From the NCBI GenBank assembly GCA_001794635.1, contig MGKE01000014.1, positions 112,984 to 176,983 of the forward strand: 64,000 nucleotides of DNA, written 5' to 3'. The number at the start of each line of letters is the position of its first letter. Position 1 is the first letter of the stretch. A program made the translations under genes and the position numbers. Shown piece by piece: positions 46,379 to 55,372 of this stretch. Under the pieces are notes generated by a model that saw only the letters and a program-made list of their open reading frames with translations, searched no databases and was not told where the DNA came from. The DNA is from Candidatus Yanofskybacteria bacterium RIFCSPLOWO2_01_FULL_39_28. Its GTDB lineage: Bacteria; Patescibacteriota; Minisyncoccia; 2-02-FULL-40-12; GWA2-44-9.

Positions 46379-47023
46379 TTATGTTTTCTTTTCTTCTACA
46401 CTTTTTGTTTCGGGGTTGTAGAAATTATAAAATATTTTTTTAAGCTCTTCCTCTTCAAGTAATTTGGATTTTAAGCTGAGTCCGGCCAATCCCCCAAAAA
46501 CAAGCTCCACCCTCTGCATGAGCTGGTTTTTATATGTTTCAAACTTTTCAGGAGTTAAGTCCTTGGCGGCCGTTGTCGGAGTAACTGTGCTTTTGAAACT
46601 TTGGAGTAAACCGGTTTTTAAAGGCGATTCAAAAATATAAAAAGGAACAATTGTATAAAACTTTTTGGACATTATGTTGCTTAACACCGACAACTCTTGA
46701 ACAAATTTCAAATATTCATTGGCCTGGATTCTTAGAAGTTCGTTGTCTAGTTGACCAGTTGCTTCACTGGCGTATTTTAAATAGTCTTCAATAAACAATC
46801 GGCGTGAAACGACTGAAATTTGCAGAGGAAAATCAACGGAGTTTATAAAATTCTGGAAATTTTGAGTGATGGCTATTTGCTCATCTTCTGATCTCAGCTC
46901 AAAATTAATTGCCGAGGTTTCAATAACCGCCCTCATTGACCCATCTTTAAGAAGGAGAATACCGTCTCTTATTTCTTGAATATTGACTAAGTTTTGGGTT
47001 GAAGGGGTAACGGGTGTAGCCAC
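46379..47023 (-). CDS. VirB4-type N-terminal domain encoded as a separate ORF
   Basis: 214 aa. NIQEIRDGILLLKDGSMRAVIETSAINFELRSEDEQ is the usual VirB4/TrbE N-terminal pattern. It is in the same frame as 44618-46375, separated only by TAA TTT ATG. Confidence 0.65.
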   Translation of the reverse strand: MATPVTPSTQNLVNIQEIRDGILLLKDGSMRAVIETSAINFELRSEDEQIAITQNFQNFINSVDFPLQISVVSRRLFIEDYLKYASEATGQLDNELLRIQANEYLKFVQELSVLSNIMSKKFYTIVPFYIFESPLKTGLLQSFKSTVTPTTAAKDLTPEKFETYKNQLMQRVELVFGGLAGLSLKSKLLEEEELKKIFYNFYNPETKSVEEKKT

Positions 47024-47026
47024 GGG

Positions 47027-47124
47027 AATTACTACGAATTACTAATTAAACAAATATACGAATCTACTAATAAAGAATCTGGATTTGTAGATTAGTACAT
47101 TTGAACGGTTTGTAATTAGTAGTT
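47027..47124. repeat. TACGAAT/TACAAAT hairpin repeat, copy H3
   Basis: aattactacgaattactaatt...tacgaatctactaat / atttgtagattagtac...tttgtaattagtagtt. Confidence 0.85.
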
Positions 47125-47127
47125 ATA

Positions 47128-47448
47128 TTATTTATCTGACACGATTACCTCATTTAATTTTAAGCCATCCCCCTCTTTTTTAAAAATATATTGTTTCGGC
47201 CCTATAAAGTAATTGAGCCCGTACATAATGTAATTTACTAAAGGGGTTTCGTTGATTTTGACGAAAGCTAAAGAAACAGCTATTCCCCCGATAGGGATGG
47301 CTAAAACAAAAAACGCATAACTTGGCAGAATCATATACATCAAAAACAAAATCGCTCCACCCGAAGCCAGCCACAAAAACTGCTTTAGCGTGAACGGACC
47401 GATTAATTTAGTCTCGGTTTCAATGAATTGGGGGACTTGGAATTTCAT
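47128..47448 (-). CDS. PrgI/VirB3-like small two-TM T4SS protein
   Basis: 106 aa. MKFQVPQFIETETKLIGPFTLKQFLWL, then two TM segments. Confidence 0.6.
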   Translation of the reverse strand: MKFQVPQFIETETKLIGPFTLKQFLWLASGGAILFLMYMILPSYAFFVLAIPIGGIAVSLAFVKINETPLVNYIMYGLNYFIGPKQYIFKKEGDGLKLNEVIVSDK

Positions 47449-47450
47449 TA

Positions 47451-47556
47451 AATCTACGAATTACGAATCTAAACGAATGTACGAATCTACAAATCCAGAG
47501 TCTTTATTTTCTTTATTCGTAGATTTGTATATTTGAATAATTTGTAATTAGTAGTT
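47451..47556. repeat. TACGAAT/TACAAAT hairpin repeat, copy H4
   Basis: aaatctacgaattacgaatctaaacgaatgtacgaatctacaaat / attcgtagatttgtatatttgaataatttgtaattagtagtt. Confidence 0.85.
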
Positions 47557-48169
47557 AGGGTTTATTGCGAAGATCAATAATACTGGCAACTTTTTCCAAC
47601 TCCTCTTCTAATGGTCTGTTACCAGGTTTTTGGACAGGTGGGGGCGGTGTTTGAGGAGGCATTACAGGTCTTGGCTGGATTGGAGTTTGAGTGGGTTGCG
47701 GTGGAGGGTCGGTTTTCATTTGGCTTATCCTTTCTGGGAACTTTGCTCTCTGGACGGCTTTAACTGATTCAAGAGCCGGCGATAATAACTCCCCCACTAT
47801 CATTGAGGCGATATCTTTGGATTTACCTTCATCTAAATTTAATTTTTCCTGAATGGACTTGGTGAAATCGCCGATAAAAATATTTCCCAACAAAACCTCT
47901 CGAATTAAATTGGCGATTTCTTTTTTCTGTATCTCATCTAACCCGAACTTGGTTCCCAGTTTCTCTTCAATAAATTCTGCTGTGGAGAAATCAAAAATAA
48001 CTTTTCTTACGGGGACGGAAATGAAATTAAACTTGGTATTATAGTTTATAAAATCATTTTTATCTCTAAATTCAACTATCCCAGCTCTGTAAGGAGTAAA
48101 ATAATCTCCGCCAGTATAGTTAGTGTCTTCTAGGGTCAAATCTTGTGTTGGGTTGATGGCTTCATCCAT
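47555..48169 (-). CDS. hypothetical protein with Pro-rich C-terminal region (T4SS-like cluster)
   Basis: 204-aa ORF. DPPPQPTQTPIQPRPVMPPQTPPPPVQKP. Confidence 0.5.
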   Translation of the reverse strand: MDEAINPTQDLTLEDTNYTGGDYFTPYRAGIVEFRDKNDFINYNTKFNFISVPVRKVIFDFSTAEFIEEKLGTKFGLDEIQKKEIANLIREVLLGNIFIGDFTKSIQEKLNLDEGKSKDIASMIVGELLSPALESVKAVQRAKFPERISQMKTDPPPQPTQTPIQPRPVMPPQTPPPPVQKPGNRPLEEELEKVASIIDLRNKP

Positions 48170-48180
48170 GGGGGGTTTAT

Positions 48181-50328
48181 TTAAATGTTGTTTTGAATAC
48201 TCTCGAATATAGTCTGTTTTTCAGCTCTTTCTGTCGGATTTTTGACATTATTTATCTCTTTGTCCAGGTCAGCAATATAGGTCGTGTAAGCTTTTTTGTT
48301 TTTTCTGGTTTTTAGACCCCTAAGATGGTTAGTCAAAGCAGTCTGAAATTCTGGCCTATTCCATACTTTAGGAGGTTTGGTTGGATCAGTCTCGGCTGGC
48401 ATTTGTGCCAATTTCTGGGCACCAACCGTAACGGCTCCGGCGTAGTGTCTTTCTCTGATTTCAGCGTCAATCTGAGCATCTGTTTTACCAGCTGTTTGGA
48501 TACTAAATCCTTGTATGGTCTTGTTTCTTATCTCTTCGTGGGCGTAGGTGCCATCAGGTTTCTTAACAAAGTTATATTCAACAGCCAGATCCGGCCTACT
48601 GTCACCAACATCTTTAATGAAACTTTTACCGTCAGCATTGGTAGCCGAACCCAGTATATCAATGGATCGGTTGAATTGTTCTTGAGTTAAACCAGAACGA
48701 ATCCTCTCGTCTTGTTGGACAAATTTAACCATTTCCTTTTTTGCTGGGTTAAGATTGTTAGCCCTTAGATTTGTATATTTATCATTACCATCTTTGTCTA
48801 TACTGGTGGACATTTCTATAAGCTGGGAACCGCTCATGTTTGAGTATTTGGCTTCTTTTCCGGCTTGAACGAAATCTTTAGCAGCTAGAGGATTGTCCGA
48901 AAGTTCTTCAAGTGTTTTAGCAAAGACATCGCCATTTGGATCAAGTTCACCGAGTTTGGCCATCATTTTGCGATAAGCGTAAATCTTGGGATCAGTAGCT
49001 ATGCCCTTCTCTGCTCCTAGTTTTATTTGATCAGCAGTAATTGCTCGAACATCAAATTTATCCTGAATATCCTTGTATTCTTTCTCTGTCTTGGTTAAAA
49101 ACTCTCTTTGTTGCTGGAGTTCCATTCCCCTAACTCCCAACATAGCTCCAATTCTGGCTGATCTTTCCCTGTGGCCTTGTTCACCACTGGTAACCTTGAA
49201 CCCGCCCAGACTAAGACCCTCTTCTCTTATTTGTTTTCTCTTTGCCTCTACTCCGGTACCTATATCTCTGGCACTATAGCCACCAAATATTGGCACTCTT
49301 GATCCGGCGAACTTTGCCGCAGTTCGGCCCCTGGCCCAGACTCCCATTGCCACTCCGCCGGCGCCGGCGGCCATACCGGCTGACATAGCCATTTTAGCCC
49401 CGCCAATTAGAACAATGCCGATCAAGATAAAGAAAAATAAGCTCTGAAAAGTAATTCCAAGGCCGGAACTCGTCCCGCTGTTTATTCCAGTTAAAATAGC
49501 ATCTTTTCTTTGTAAAAACAGGGTGCCAAAATAAATAAAGAACAAATAAAAGGGCATAAACACATTCCAACCGATAAAATATTTCCACCAATCCTGATTT
49601 ATTTTTTTTGTTGAGGGAAGGATATAAGTAATCCAAGCAACCGGTGAAAAGATTAGCAACGCCCACAAAACAGGAACACGAAGCATGGAAAAGAAAAACA
49701 AAACGGCCATGCTAAAAAATACTATAGACAGCAGTATTATGGTGGCAAAGAAAGAGATTGTTTTCTGCCATAAATTTGCATCAACTGTAGCTACTGCCGA
49801 AGTAGATAGATCTCCCACCACCGAGTCAGCTATTTGTGTTCCTTGGGCTATTCGGTGTCCAATATCGCCGATAGAGTTAATAAAGACATTACTCAATGTC
49901 TGGCTTATATCAATAATATATTCACCTATGACCAAACTGAAGTTTATAAGCAAAGCGGCAACAATAAATCTGCCGATCAGAGATTTGAAATCGTAGCCTC
50001 CGATGTCAAATATTGTGTAAAAAGCCATGATAACCAAAATGACAATGAAGAACATGTTGGCGAACTGTCTTACCAGATTCCAACTCTCTTGGACCACCGG
50101 AACGTTAGTGGCGCTTAAGGCGAGAATAGAAGTTGTGCCGTCGGCTAAAAGAGCAATTAGGGCTACCAAAATAGCCTTTATAATAACCAGAAGACCACCG
50201 ACTATGGCTAAAATAGAAACCCCAGCGATAGCTTCAAAAATAAATGCATTAGCAAAATGAAAAGGAGCTGAGATTAAAATCAGGGTTATGATAGCGAAAG
50301 TTACAAACTTTTTATTAAATCGTTTCAT
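48181..50328 (-). CDS. VirB6/TrbL-like polytopic membrane protein with a large soluble C-terminal domain
   Basis: 715 aa. About 8 TM segments in the first ~330 aa, as in TrbL/VirB6. The C-terminal half is hydrophilic. Confidence 0.55.
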   Translation of the reverse strand: MKRFNKKFVTFAIITLILISAPFHFANAFIFEAIAGVSILAIVGGLLVIIKAILVALIALLADGTTSILALSATNVPVVQESWNLVRQFANMFFIVILVIMAFYTIFDIGGYDFKSLIGRFIVAALLINFSLVIGEYIIDISQTLSNVFINSIGDIGHRIAQGTQIADSVVGDLSTSAVATVDANLWQKTISFFATIILLSIVFFSMAVLFFFSMLRVPVLWALLIFSPVAWITYILPSTKKINQDWWKYFIGWNVFMPFYLFFIYFGTLFLQRKDAILTGINSGTSSGLGITFQSLFFFILIGIVLIGGAKMAMSAGMAAGAGGVAMGVWARGRTAAKFAGSRVPIFGGYSARDIGTGVEAKRKQIREEGLSLGGFKVTSGEQGHRERSARIGAMLGVRGMELQQQREFLTKTEKEYKDIQDKFDVRAITADQIKLGAEKGIATDPKIYAYRKMMAKLGELDPNGDVFAKTLEELSDNPLAAKDFVQAGKEAKYSNMSGSQLIEMSTSIDKDGNDKYTNLRANNLNPAKKEMVKFVQQDERIRSGLTQEQFNRSIDILGSATNADGKSFIKDVGDSRPDLAVEYNFVKKPDGTYAHEEIRNKTIQGFSIQTAGKTDAQIDAEIRERHYAGAVTVGAQKLAQMPAETDPTKPPKVWNRPEFQTALTNHLRGLKTRKNKKAYTTYIADLDKEINNVKNPTERAEKQTIFESIQNNI

Positions 50329-50345
50329 TCAGTTGATAAGAATAA

Positions 50346-51638
50346 TTATGGACAAGGAAAAGCTTCGGCTAAGCGGCCTTCATCACCCGGATTGGCTTCA
50401 AGAAATGCTGCAATTTCTTCTGCTGTTGCGTTTGGAGGGGTGCAACTACCACCACCATCGTCTCCACCTCCGCCATCATCACCACCATCGCCAGGGACAT
50501 ACCAGTCAGGCGCTCCTGGATCAAGAGAACCAGGATCACCCGGGATCGTACCCCCACCGCTGTTGTAACAGCTATTAATACAGGATTGATAAGTGCTTCC
50601 GTTTTGTCCTCGGCAATTATTTAAACAAGCTTGGACACTTGAACCTGTGTCAGTAGCTGGAGCTGGTGTTGGTTCTGAACCACCAAAATTAGTTAACCTA
50701 CCAACAAGTCCGGTAACCAAGTTAAAAATTACCTCGGTCAGTTCGTCAGATGTTACCATCCAACCCAAGTTCTTATCTACATAATTTGCTGCTGATTCAC
50801 CTAATACATCAGCTGGAGTGGTAACATTGCCAAGAAAGGTGCAGCGAGCTTGAGCGTTTAGAACTGCACATTCTGAGGTTGCTACACAGGTTTGTCCGTT
50901 AAGTGGTCCGCCCACACAGCGATTATTTGTACAAATACCACCGGACCCTAAACTTTGACACCCCCCGGCTCTGATACCGGTATAACCTCTCCTGGCTTCG
51001 TTTTGATCGGCCGCAATATCAACAGCTCTTTGAGCGCTTAATTCACCCAGTGACATTAGAGTGGCGCCATAGAAATTGTTTTGAGGCTCAGAAAGGCGCA
51101 CCAAAGCATCCCAGCCGCCATTGCCGGCAAAATCTTGTTTGTAATTCACAGAATTCCATCCAGCTGGCATAGTGCATCTAGCTCTTCTGGAAAATGGGTC
51201 AAGATTGTTGACTCTGGTGTTTTGAGGAATTGTTTGACCAGGAGGGGGCGCACCAAATTGGGCTCTCAGGCCGTTTCTGAAATCAAGGCACGTTTCTGTG
51301 TTGCCAAGTTGAACTCTGAATACATCCTCACCTCGGTAGGTGGCATCAAGGAGGAAATTTCTCCAATTTTGGACATAAGCCGGTTGATTTCCTCTACCTC
51401 CAGCAGGACCACTAACTCGTTGAACAATGGAATCAAGATATTGAGAAAGAATCCTTCTAGCTAAAAGACGAGCCAAGGGATCTAGGACAAACTCTTTTAA
51501 ATTATATTGAAAAAATTGGGCCCAACTACCCCCCCCATCAAGAGCTTTGGCTGGCGAAGCTTGGTAAACATAAAGAAAGGCAAATAAAATACCTAGAATT
51601 ATAAAAAGACTGACGGCCTTTTTGAATTTTAAAAACAT
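50346..51638 (-). CDS. secreted Cys-rich hypothetical protein with Gly/Asp-rich C-terminus
   Basis: 430 aa. Signal peptide ending AKA, many Cys, and a C-terminal GDGGDDGGGGDDGGG. Confidence 0.55.
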   Translation of the reverse strand: MFLKFKKAVSLFIILGILFAFLYVYQASPAKALDGGGSWAQFFQYNLKEFVLDPLARLLARRILSQYLDSIVQRVSGPAGGRGNQPAYVQNWRNFLLDATYRGEDVFRVQLGNTETCLDFRNGLRAQFGAPPPGQTIPQNTRVNNLDPFSRRARCTMPAGWNSVNYKQDFAGNGGWDALVRLSEPQNNFYGATLMSLGELSAQRAVDIAADQNEARRGYTGIRAGGCQSLGSGGICTNNRCVGGPLNGQTCVATSECAVLNAQARCTFLGNVTTPADVLGESAANYVDKNLGWMVTSDELTEVIFNLVTGLVGRLTNFGGSEPTPAPATDTGSSVQACLNNCRGQNGSTYQSCINSCYNSGGGTIPGDPGSLDPGAPDWYVPGDGGDDGGGGDDGGGSCTPPNATAEEIAAFLEANPGDEGRLAEAFPCP

Positions 51639-52589
51639 TTAATCTTTGTAAAGAAGATCTAAAATTTGGTAAAAACTACTGTCTAAAACTAAGTTTTCCG
51701 AAGAAATTTTTGTTTGAACAGATTTGATTAATGATTTTGTTTCCAGACTTAAAGTACCAATTTCGTTTAACGCCACGATGGCTTTAAGGGCATCGGTTTG
51801 ATAATTTGCTATTTGGTGATAGGTCAAAGAAAGGCGGCCAAGAAGATTTAAAATGTTTTTATGGACATCAACCCAATTGGCCGGAACTTTTAAAGTTGTT
51901 GTTTTTTCCAAAGAAGATTTAAACTTTTCTGATTTGGCTGAGAAATAAGGAGTTTGTTGTTCTATAGTTGATCCAAGATTTGGTTGCTGGTCAAAACTTA
52001 GAAGATCGTCTTGAATTATCTGAGCCAAGCTGATTAAATATTCAATCTGATTTGTTTTGGAAGTTTCCACGGTAATTATGGTCGGTAAAGGAACTGAATC
52101 CTGTATTTTGTAAAAGTCGTCTATTATTGAGTAAGAAAGAGCGGCCAAGGCGTTATCTTTTGTGTTATCCGAAGCCTCACGTGTTAAATCTCCGGAACCG
52201 ATTGCTCCGGCGACGAGGGCTAGTGTCTTATCGGTTAAATTGAGCGAAGCTAAATCCGGCTCGGCAATTGGCGGAGGTGTATTGAAAGCGGTATCAAGCC
52301 GGTCGTCACCTGATGAAGAAACTCTCGGATCATGACCAGAGGCCACCTCTTCCCCATCAAGAAAACCATCACCATCAGTGTCGGGGTTTAAAAAATCAGT
52401 ATTCCAGTAGGATTCTTCAGAGTCAGTTAAACCATCTCCGTCGACGTCGTCTTTTAGTGGAGGTAATGATTTAGCCGATTCAAATAAGGAGGCCGAGCGG
52501 ACACCATGAAAAACATCAAAGAAAGAAAAAACTGAAAATATAGCCAAAACAGCCAATAGGGATATAAAAGTTTTAATATTGTTTGACAA
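51639..52589 (-). CDS. secreted protein with thrombospondin-type-3-like calcium-binding repeats
   Basis: 316 aa. DVDGDGLTDSEE and DTDGDGFLDGEE repeats after the signal/TM segment. Confidence 0.6.
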   Translation of the reverse strand: MSNNIKTFISLLAVLAIFSVFSFFDVFHGVRSASLFESAKSLPPLKDDVDGDGLTDSEESYWNTDFLNPDTDGDGFLDGEEVASGHDPRVSSSGDDRLDTAFNTPPPIAEPDLASLNLTDKTLALVAGAIGSGDLTREASDNTKDNALAALSYSIIDDFYKIQDSVPLPTIITVETSKTNQIEYLISLAQIIQDDLLSFDQQPNLGSTIEQQTPYFSAKSEKFKSSLEKTTTLKVPANWVDVHKNILNLLGRLSLTYHQIANYQTDALKAIVALNEIGTLSLETKSLIKSVQTKISSENLVLDSSFYQILDLLYKD

Positions 52590-52590
52590 A

Positions 52591-52693
52591 CAATTACTAC
52601 GAATTACTAATCAAACTAATTTACAAATCTACGAATAAATAATTTGTAGATACGTATATTGGTAAAATACGTAATTTGTAGTTGTATAATTCC
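52591..52693. repeat. TACGAAT/TACAAAT hairpin repeat, copy H5 (supplies the C-terminal codons and stop of lnt)
   Basis: caattactacgaattactaat...tttacaaatctacgaat / atttgtagatacgtat...acgtaatttgtagttg. The lnt tail ...ITYFTNIRIYKLFIRRFVN is a translation of the repeat. Confidence 0.75.
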
Positions 52694-54151
52694 TAAGCCG
52701 AAAAAGGCCAACGATATCAATAAAATCGGCCAATCACCTACATAATTATACCACGTTCTATTTTTGTTGGGGACAATAACGCCTGTTAATAACTCGTAGC
52801 TTTTAAAATCAGTCATTTTTTCTATTTTTCCATGTCGGTTTATGACATATGATTTGCCCCCATTTGAGGCAAAAGCCAAGTATTTATCGTTTTCAATTGC
52901 CCGGAAACGAAGTATCGGCTCAGCTTGCTGGACAACCCATCGTCCACCACCCCAAACAGAGAAACTTCCTAGAGATAAAATAAAATCAGACTGTCCTCGG
53001 TTTGATTTGGTTGGAGAAATGAAGTCAGAGCAAACCAGGGTTTTTATTTGATTATTTTTGTAGGAAATAATATTTGTTTTTTCTCCAGCCGAATACTCTC
53101 TATAAGATTTGAATTTTTCTCCTAGCGATGGATTCAGTAGGATTAAAGGAAACTTTATTAAATAAGGCAAAAACTCTCCGCCTGGAACAAGAACCTCCTT
53201 ATCATAAAAGTCAATAACTCCGGCTTGGGAACTTATAAAAGTTGCTTTGGACTTATAATGACCATCTTCTAATGATCTGATACTGTCTACTATGAGCAAC
53301 TCTTTGTCTGAAAGACTATTGAAATACTGACCAATGCTGGTAACGTCAAGAATTTTACCTAGAGATGTCGAAAATCCTATCCCCTCTGGTAAAAGTATTA
53401 TTCCACTCTCGGGCCTAAGTATATTCGCCCCCTCTTGTATGAGGTTCAATTTATTTTTTAAGTCTTCAAGCAAGGCAACATTATTTGCAAATCCAACAAA
53501 AGGTGAATTGGTCTGTATGATCGCTATTGGAACGGAAACGGACTCACTCGGGTTCTTGTTGCTGGTTATAGAGTTGGCAGTAGAAACCAAGATCGCAATA
53601 ATGATCAAATTTATCAGAAAAAGTTTCTTATTAATTGTTTTAACAAACAATAATAAAACAGATGAGAAAAACGAAACCAAAACAAAATCAATTCCATAGA
53701 TTCCCCAAATGGAAGCGGTTGTGGCCAGAAAATCAAAATCAATAAACCAATAAGCAATATTTCCCATTGTCCAATGAGGCCCGATTTTACCTCCATCTCC
53801 GTAAAGAACAACAGAGAAAAGTATCGCTCTAGAATATTCAGCCAAAGTAAATATGCTGGCGATTAAAAATGGAACCAGGTTTCTTGAGCGGATTTTCTTA
53901 ATAAATTTCACTAGGATCAAACTAGAAATTCCCCAGGGCAAAGCCATAGTCGCAACATAAAGAATGAAGGCAATTATTAAAATTATGCCAGCAATCAACT
54001 TGCTCTCTAGGCCAAATTCATCAAGTGGATATAAATCCCAAAACCACCAAAAAATAAAGCCGAAATAAAAAAAACCGGCCGAAAAGCCGGGCCAGAATCC
54101 TTGAGGTTTAAAGTTAGTTATTTTAACAAATAAGTATTTAACATTTCCCAT
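52616..54151 (-). CDS. lnt: apolipoprotein N-acyltransferase
   Basis: 511 aa. N-terminal polytopic region plus a CN-hydrolase domain with a candidate E/K/C triad (LLPEG, YDKEVLVPGGEFLP, LVCSD). Confidence 0.8.
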   Translation of the reverse strand: MGNVKYLFVKITNFKPQGFWPGFSAGFFYFGFIFWWFWDLYPLDEFGLESKLIAGIILIIAFILYVATMALPWGISSLILVKFIKKIRSRNLVPFLIASIFTLAEYSRAILFSVVLYGDGGKIGPHWTMGNIAYWFIDFDFLATTASIWGIYGIDFVLVSFFSSVLLLFVKTINKKLFLINLIIIAILVSTANSITSNKNPSESVSVPIAIIQTNSPFVGFANNVALLEDLKNKLNLIQEGANILRPESGIILLPEGIGFSTSLGKILDVTSIGQYFNSLSDKELLIVDSIRSLEDGHYKSKATFISSQAGVIDFYDKEVLVPGGEFLPYLIKFPLILLNPSLGEKFKSYREYSAGEKTNIISYKNNQIKTLVCSDFISPTKSNRGQSDFILSLGSFSVWGGGRWVVQQAEPILRFRAIENDKYLAFASNGGKSYVINRHGKIEKMTDFKSYELLTGVIVPNKNRTWYNYVGDWPILLISLAFFGLGIIQLQITYFTNIRIYKLFIRRFVN

Positions 54152-54918
54152 TGTTCAAGCGATAAGTTCTCTGCCCTTATTATAGGATTAAGATTCAATT
54201 TTTCAAAGATTTCAACTATTTTTTCTTTGCGAGTTTTGAGTTGTTTAGCTAAATTACTGGCCAACTGTTTTCTTTTACCACCAAATCCAGCTTTAATTAA
54301 TCTGAATAAGTCTTCTGTTTCTTGTTTGGTCGCTTGTTGCTTGTCTCTTGTCGCTAACTTTATTATTGCCGAATCAACTTTTGGGATTGGACGGAAGTTG
54401 TTTTTGGAAACATAACTGATTATTTCTGGCTCAGTATAGTATTGCACCGAAAGGGCAAGCAGATTCGTATGAGGAGGTTTAGCCATTATTCTTTGAGCGA
54501 CTTCTTTTTGAATTGTAAGAACAATAAGTTGTGGTTGGGCCATCCGCCAGCTGGCGGACTCGAATATTGTTCTCAATAAGTTGGAAGTAATGTAGTAAGG
54601 AATATTGCCAATTACTTTGTAGCGACCAGCAACAAGAGACAAGCGACAAGGATCGAATTCTAATATATCAGCCTCAATTATTTTGACGTTGGCTTGGTTT
54701 TTGAACTTTTCATTTAGATAGTCAATGAGGCGGCGGTCTTTCTCAATTCCAATAACAGTCCCGGCTTTTTGGACAAGTTTTATGGTTAAATTACCAGTGC
54801 CAGGGCCAATCTCAACGACAATATCGTTACTGTTTAATTCAGCGGCAGAAATAATCTCGTCTAATATTCGTGGGTTAATTAGCCAATTCTGGCCAAGTGA
54901 TTTTTTGGGAGTAAACAT
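54118..54918 (-). CDS. rsmA: 16S rRNA (adenine1518/1519-N6)-dimethyltransferase
   Basis: 266 aa. KKSLGQNWLINPRILDEI and EIGPGTGNLT. Confidence 0.92.
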   Translation of the reverse strand: MFTPKKSLGQNWLINPRILDEIISAAELNSNDIVVEIGPGTGNLTIKLVQKAGTVIGIEKDRRLIDYLNEKFKNQANVKIIEADILEFDPCRLSLVAGRYKVIGNIPYYITSNLLRTIFESASWRMAQPQLIVLTIQKEVAQRIMAKPPHTNLLALSVQYYTEPEIISYVSKNNFRPIPKVDSAIIKLATRDKQQATKQETEDLFRLIKAGFGGKRKQLASNLAKQLKTRKEKIVEIFEKLNLNPIIRAENLSLEQWEMLNTYLLK

Positions 54919-55372
54919 ACTACGAATTACTAATTTTACGAATTTACAAATCTACGAATTAAGATTTAAAATTCTTTTGAATTTGATTCCATCAGAAGTA
55001 AAATTGGCTAGAATTCCCAATTTTAAATTTGATGACCTTAAGTAACTAAAGATTTGATCAATATTTCTTTTAGGAAATCTATCCCCTACTTTAATCTCCA
55101 AAACCACCTTGTTATCAATCAAAAAGTCTATAAAATAGTGACCCACTTTCTTTTCTTTATAATACAAGGGAATAAAAAGTTATTTTTGAAAGTTAATACT
55201 AGCATCAGACAGGGAGTTGTTTATAGCATTACAATAATACTTTTCTTTATGTCCTGAACCAAGGTTATTATATACGTCAAATAATATTCCGACCAACTTG
55301 TAACTTAATTCAGGGTAAACAAGTTCTTTATTTGTAGATTTGTACATTTGATAGATTTGTAATTAGTAGTAA
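54917..55372. mobile_element. hairpin-repeat element carrying a GxxExxY ORF in its loop (arms 54917-54960 and 55329-55372)
   Basis: The left arm atactacgaattactaattttacgaatttacaaatctacgaatt matches the reverse complement of the right arm (actactaattacaaatctatcaaatgtacaaatctacaaat) at most positions. The arms are the same family as H1-H5. Confidence 0.6.
54952..55347 (-). pseudogene. GxxExxY (PD-(D/E)XK superfamily) protein gene interrupted by an in-frame TAA
   Basis: My translation is MYKSTNKELVYPELSYKLVGILFDVYNNLGSGHKEKYYCNAINNSLSDASINFQK*LFIPLYYKEKKVGHYFIDFLIDNKVVLEIKV...GILANF. The stop is at 55182-55180. Confidence 0.7.

Noticed and set aside
46376-46381. In-frame TAA codons (here and at 55180-55182) considered as evidence for stop-codon reassignment.
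   Set aside because: Many well-supported genes in the window terminate at TAA at the expected protein length. Two cases in accessory or mobile genes are better explained by nonsense mutation or gene splitting.
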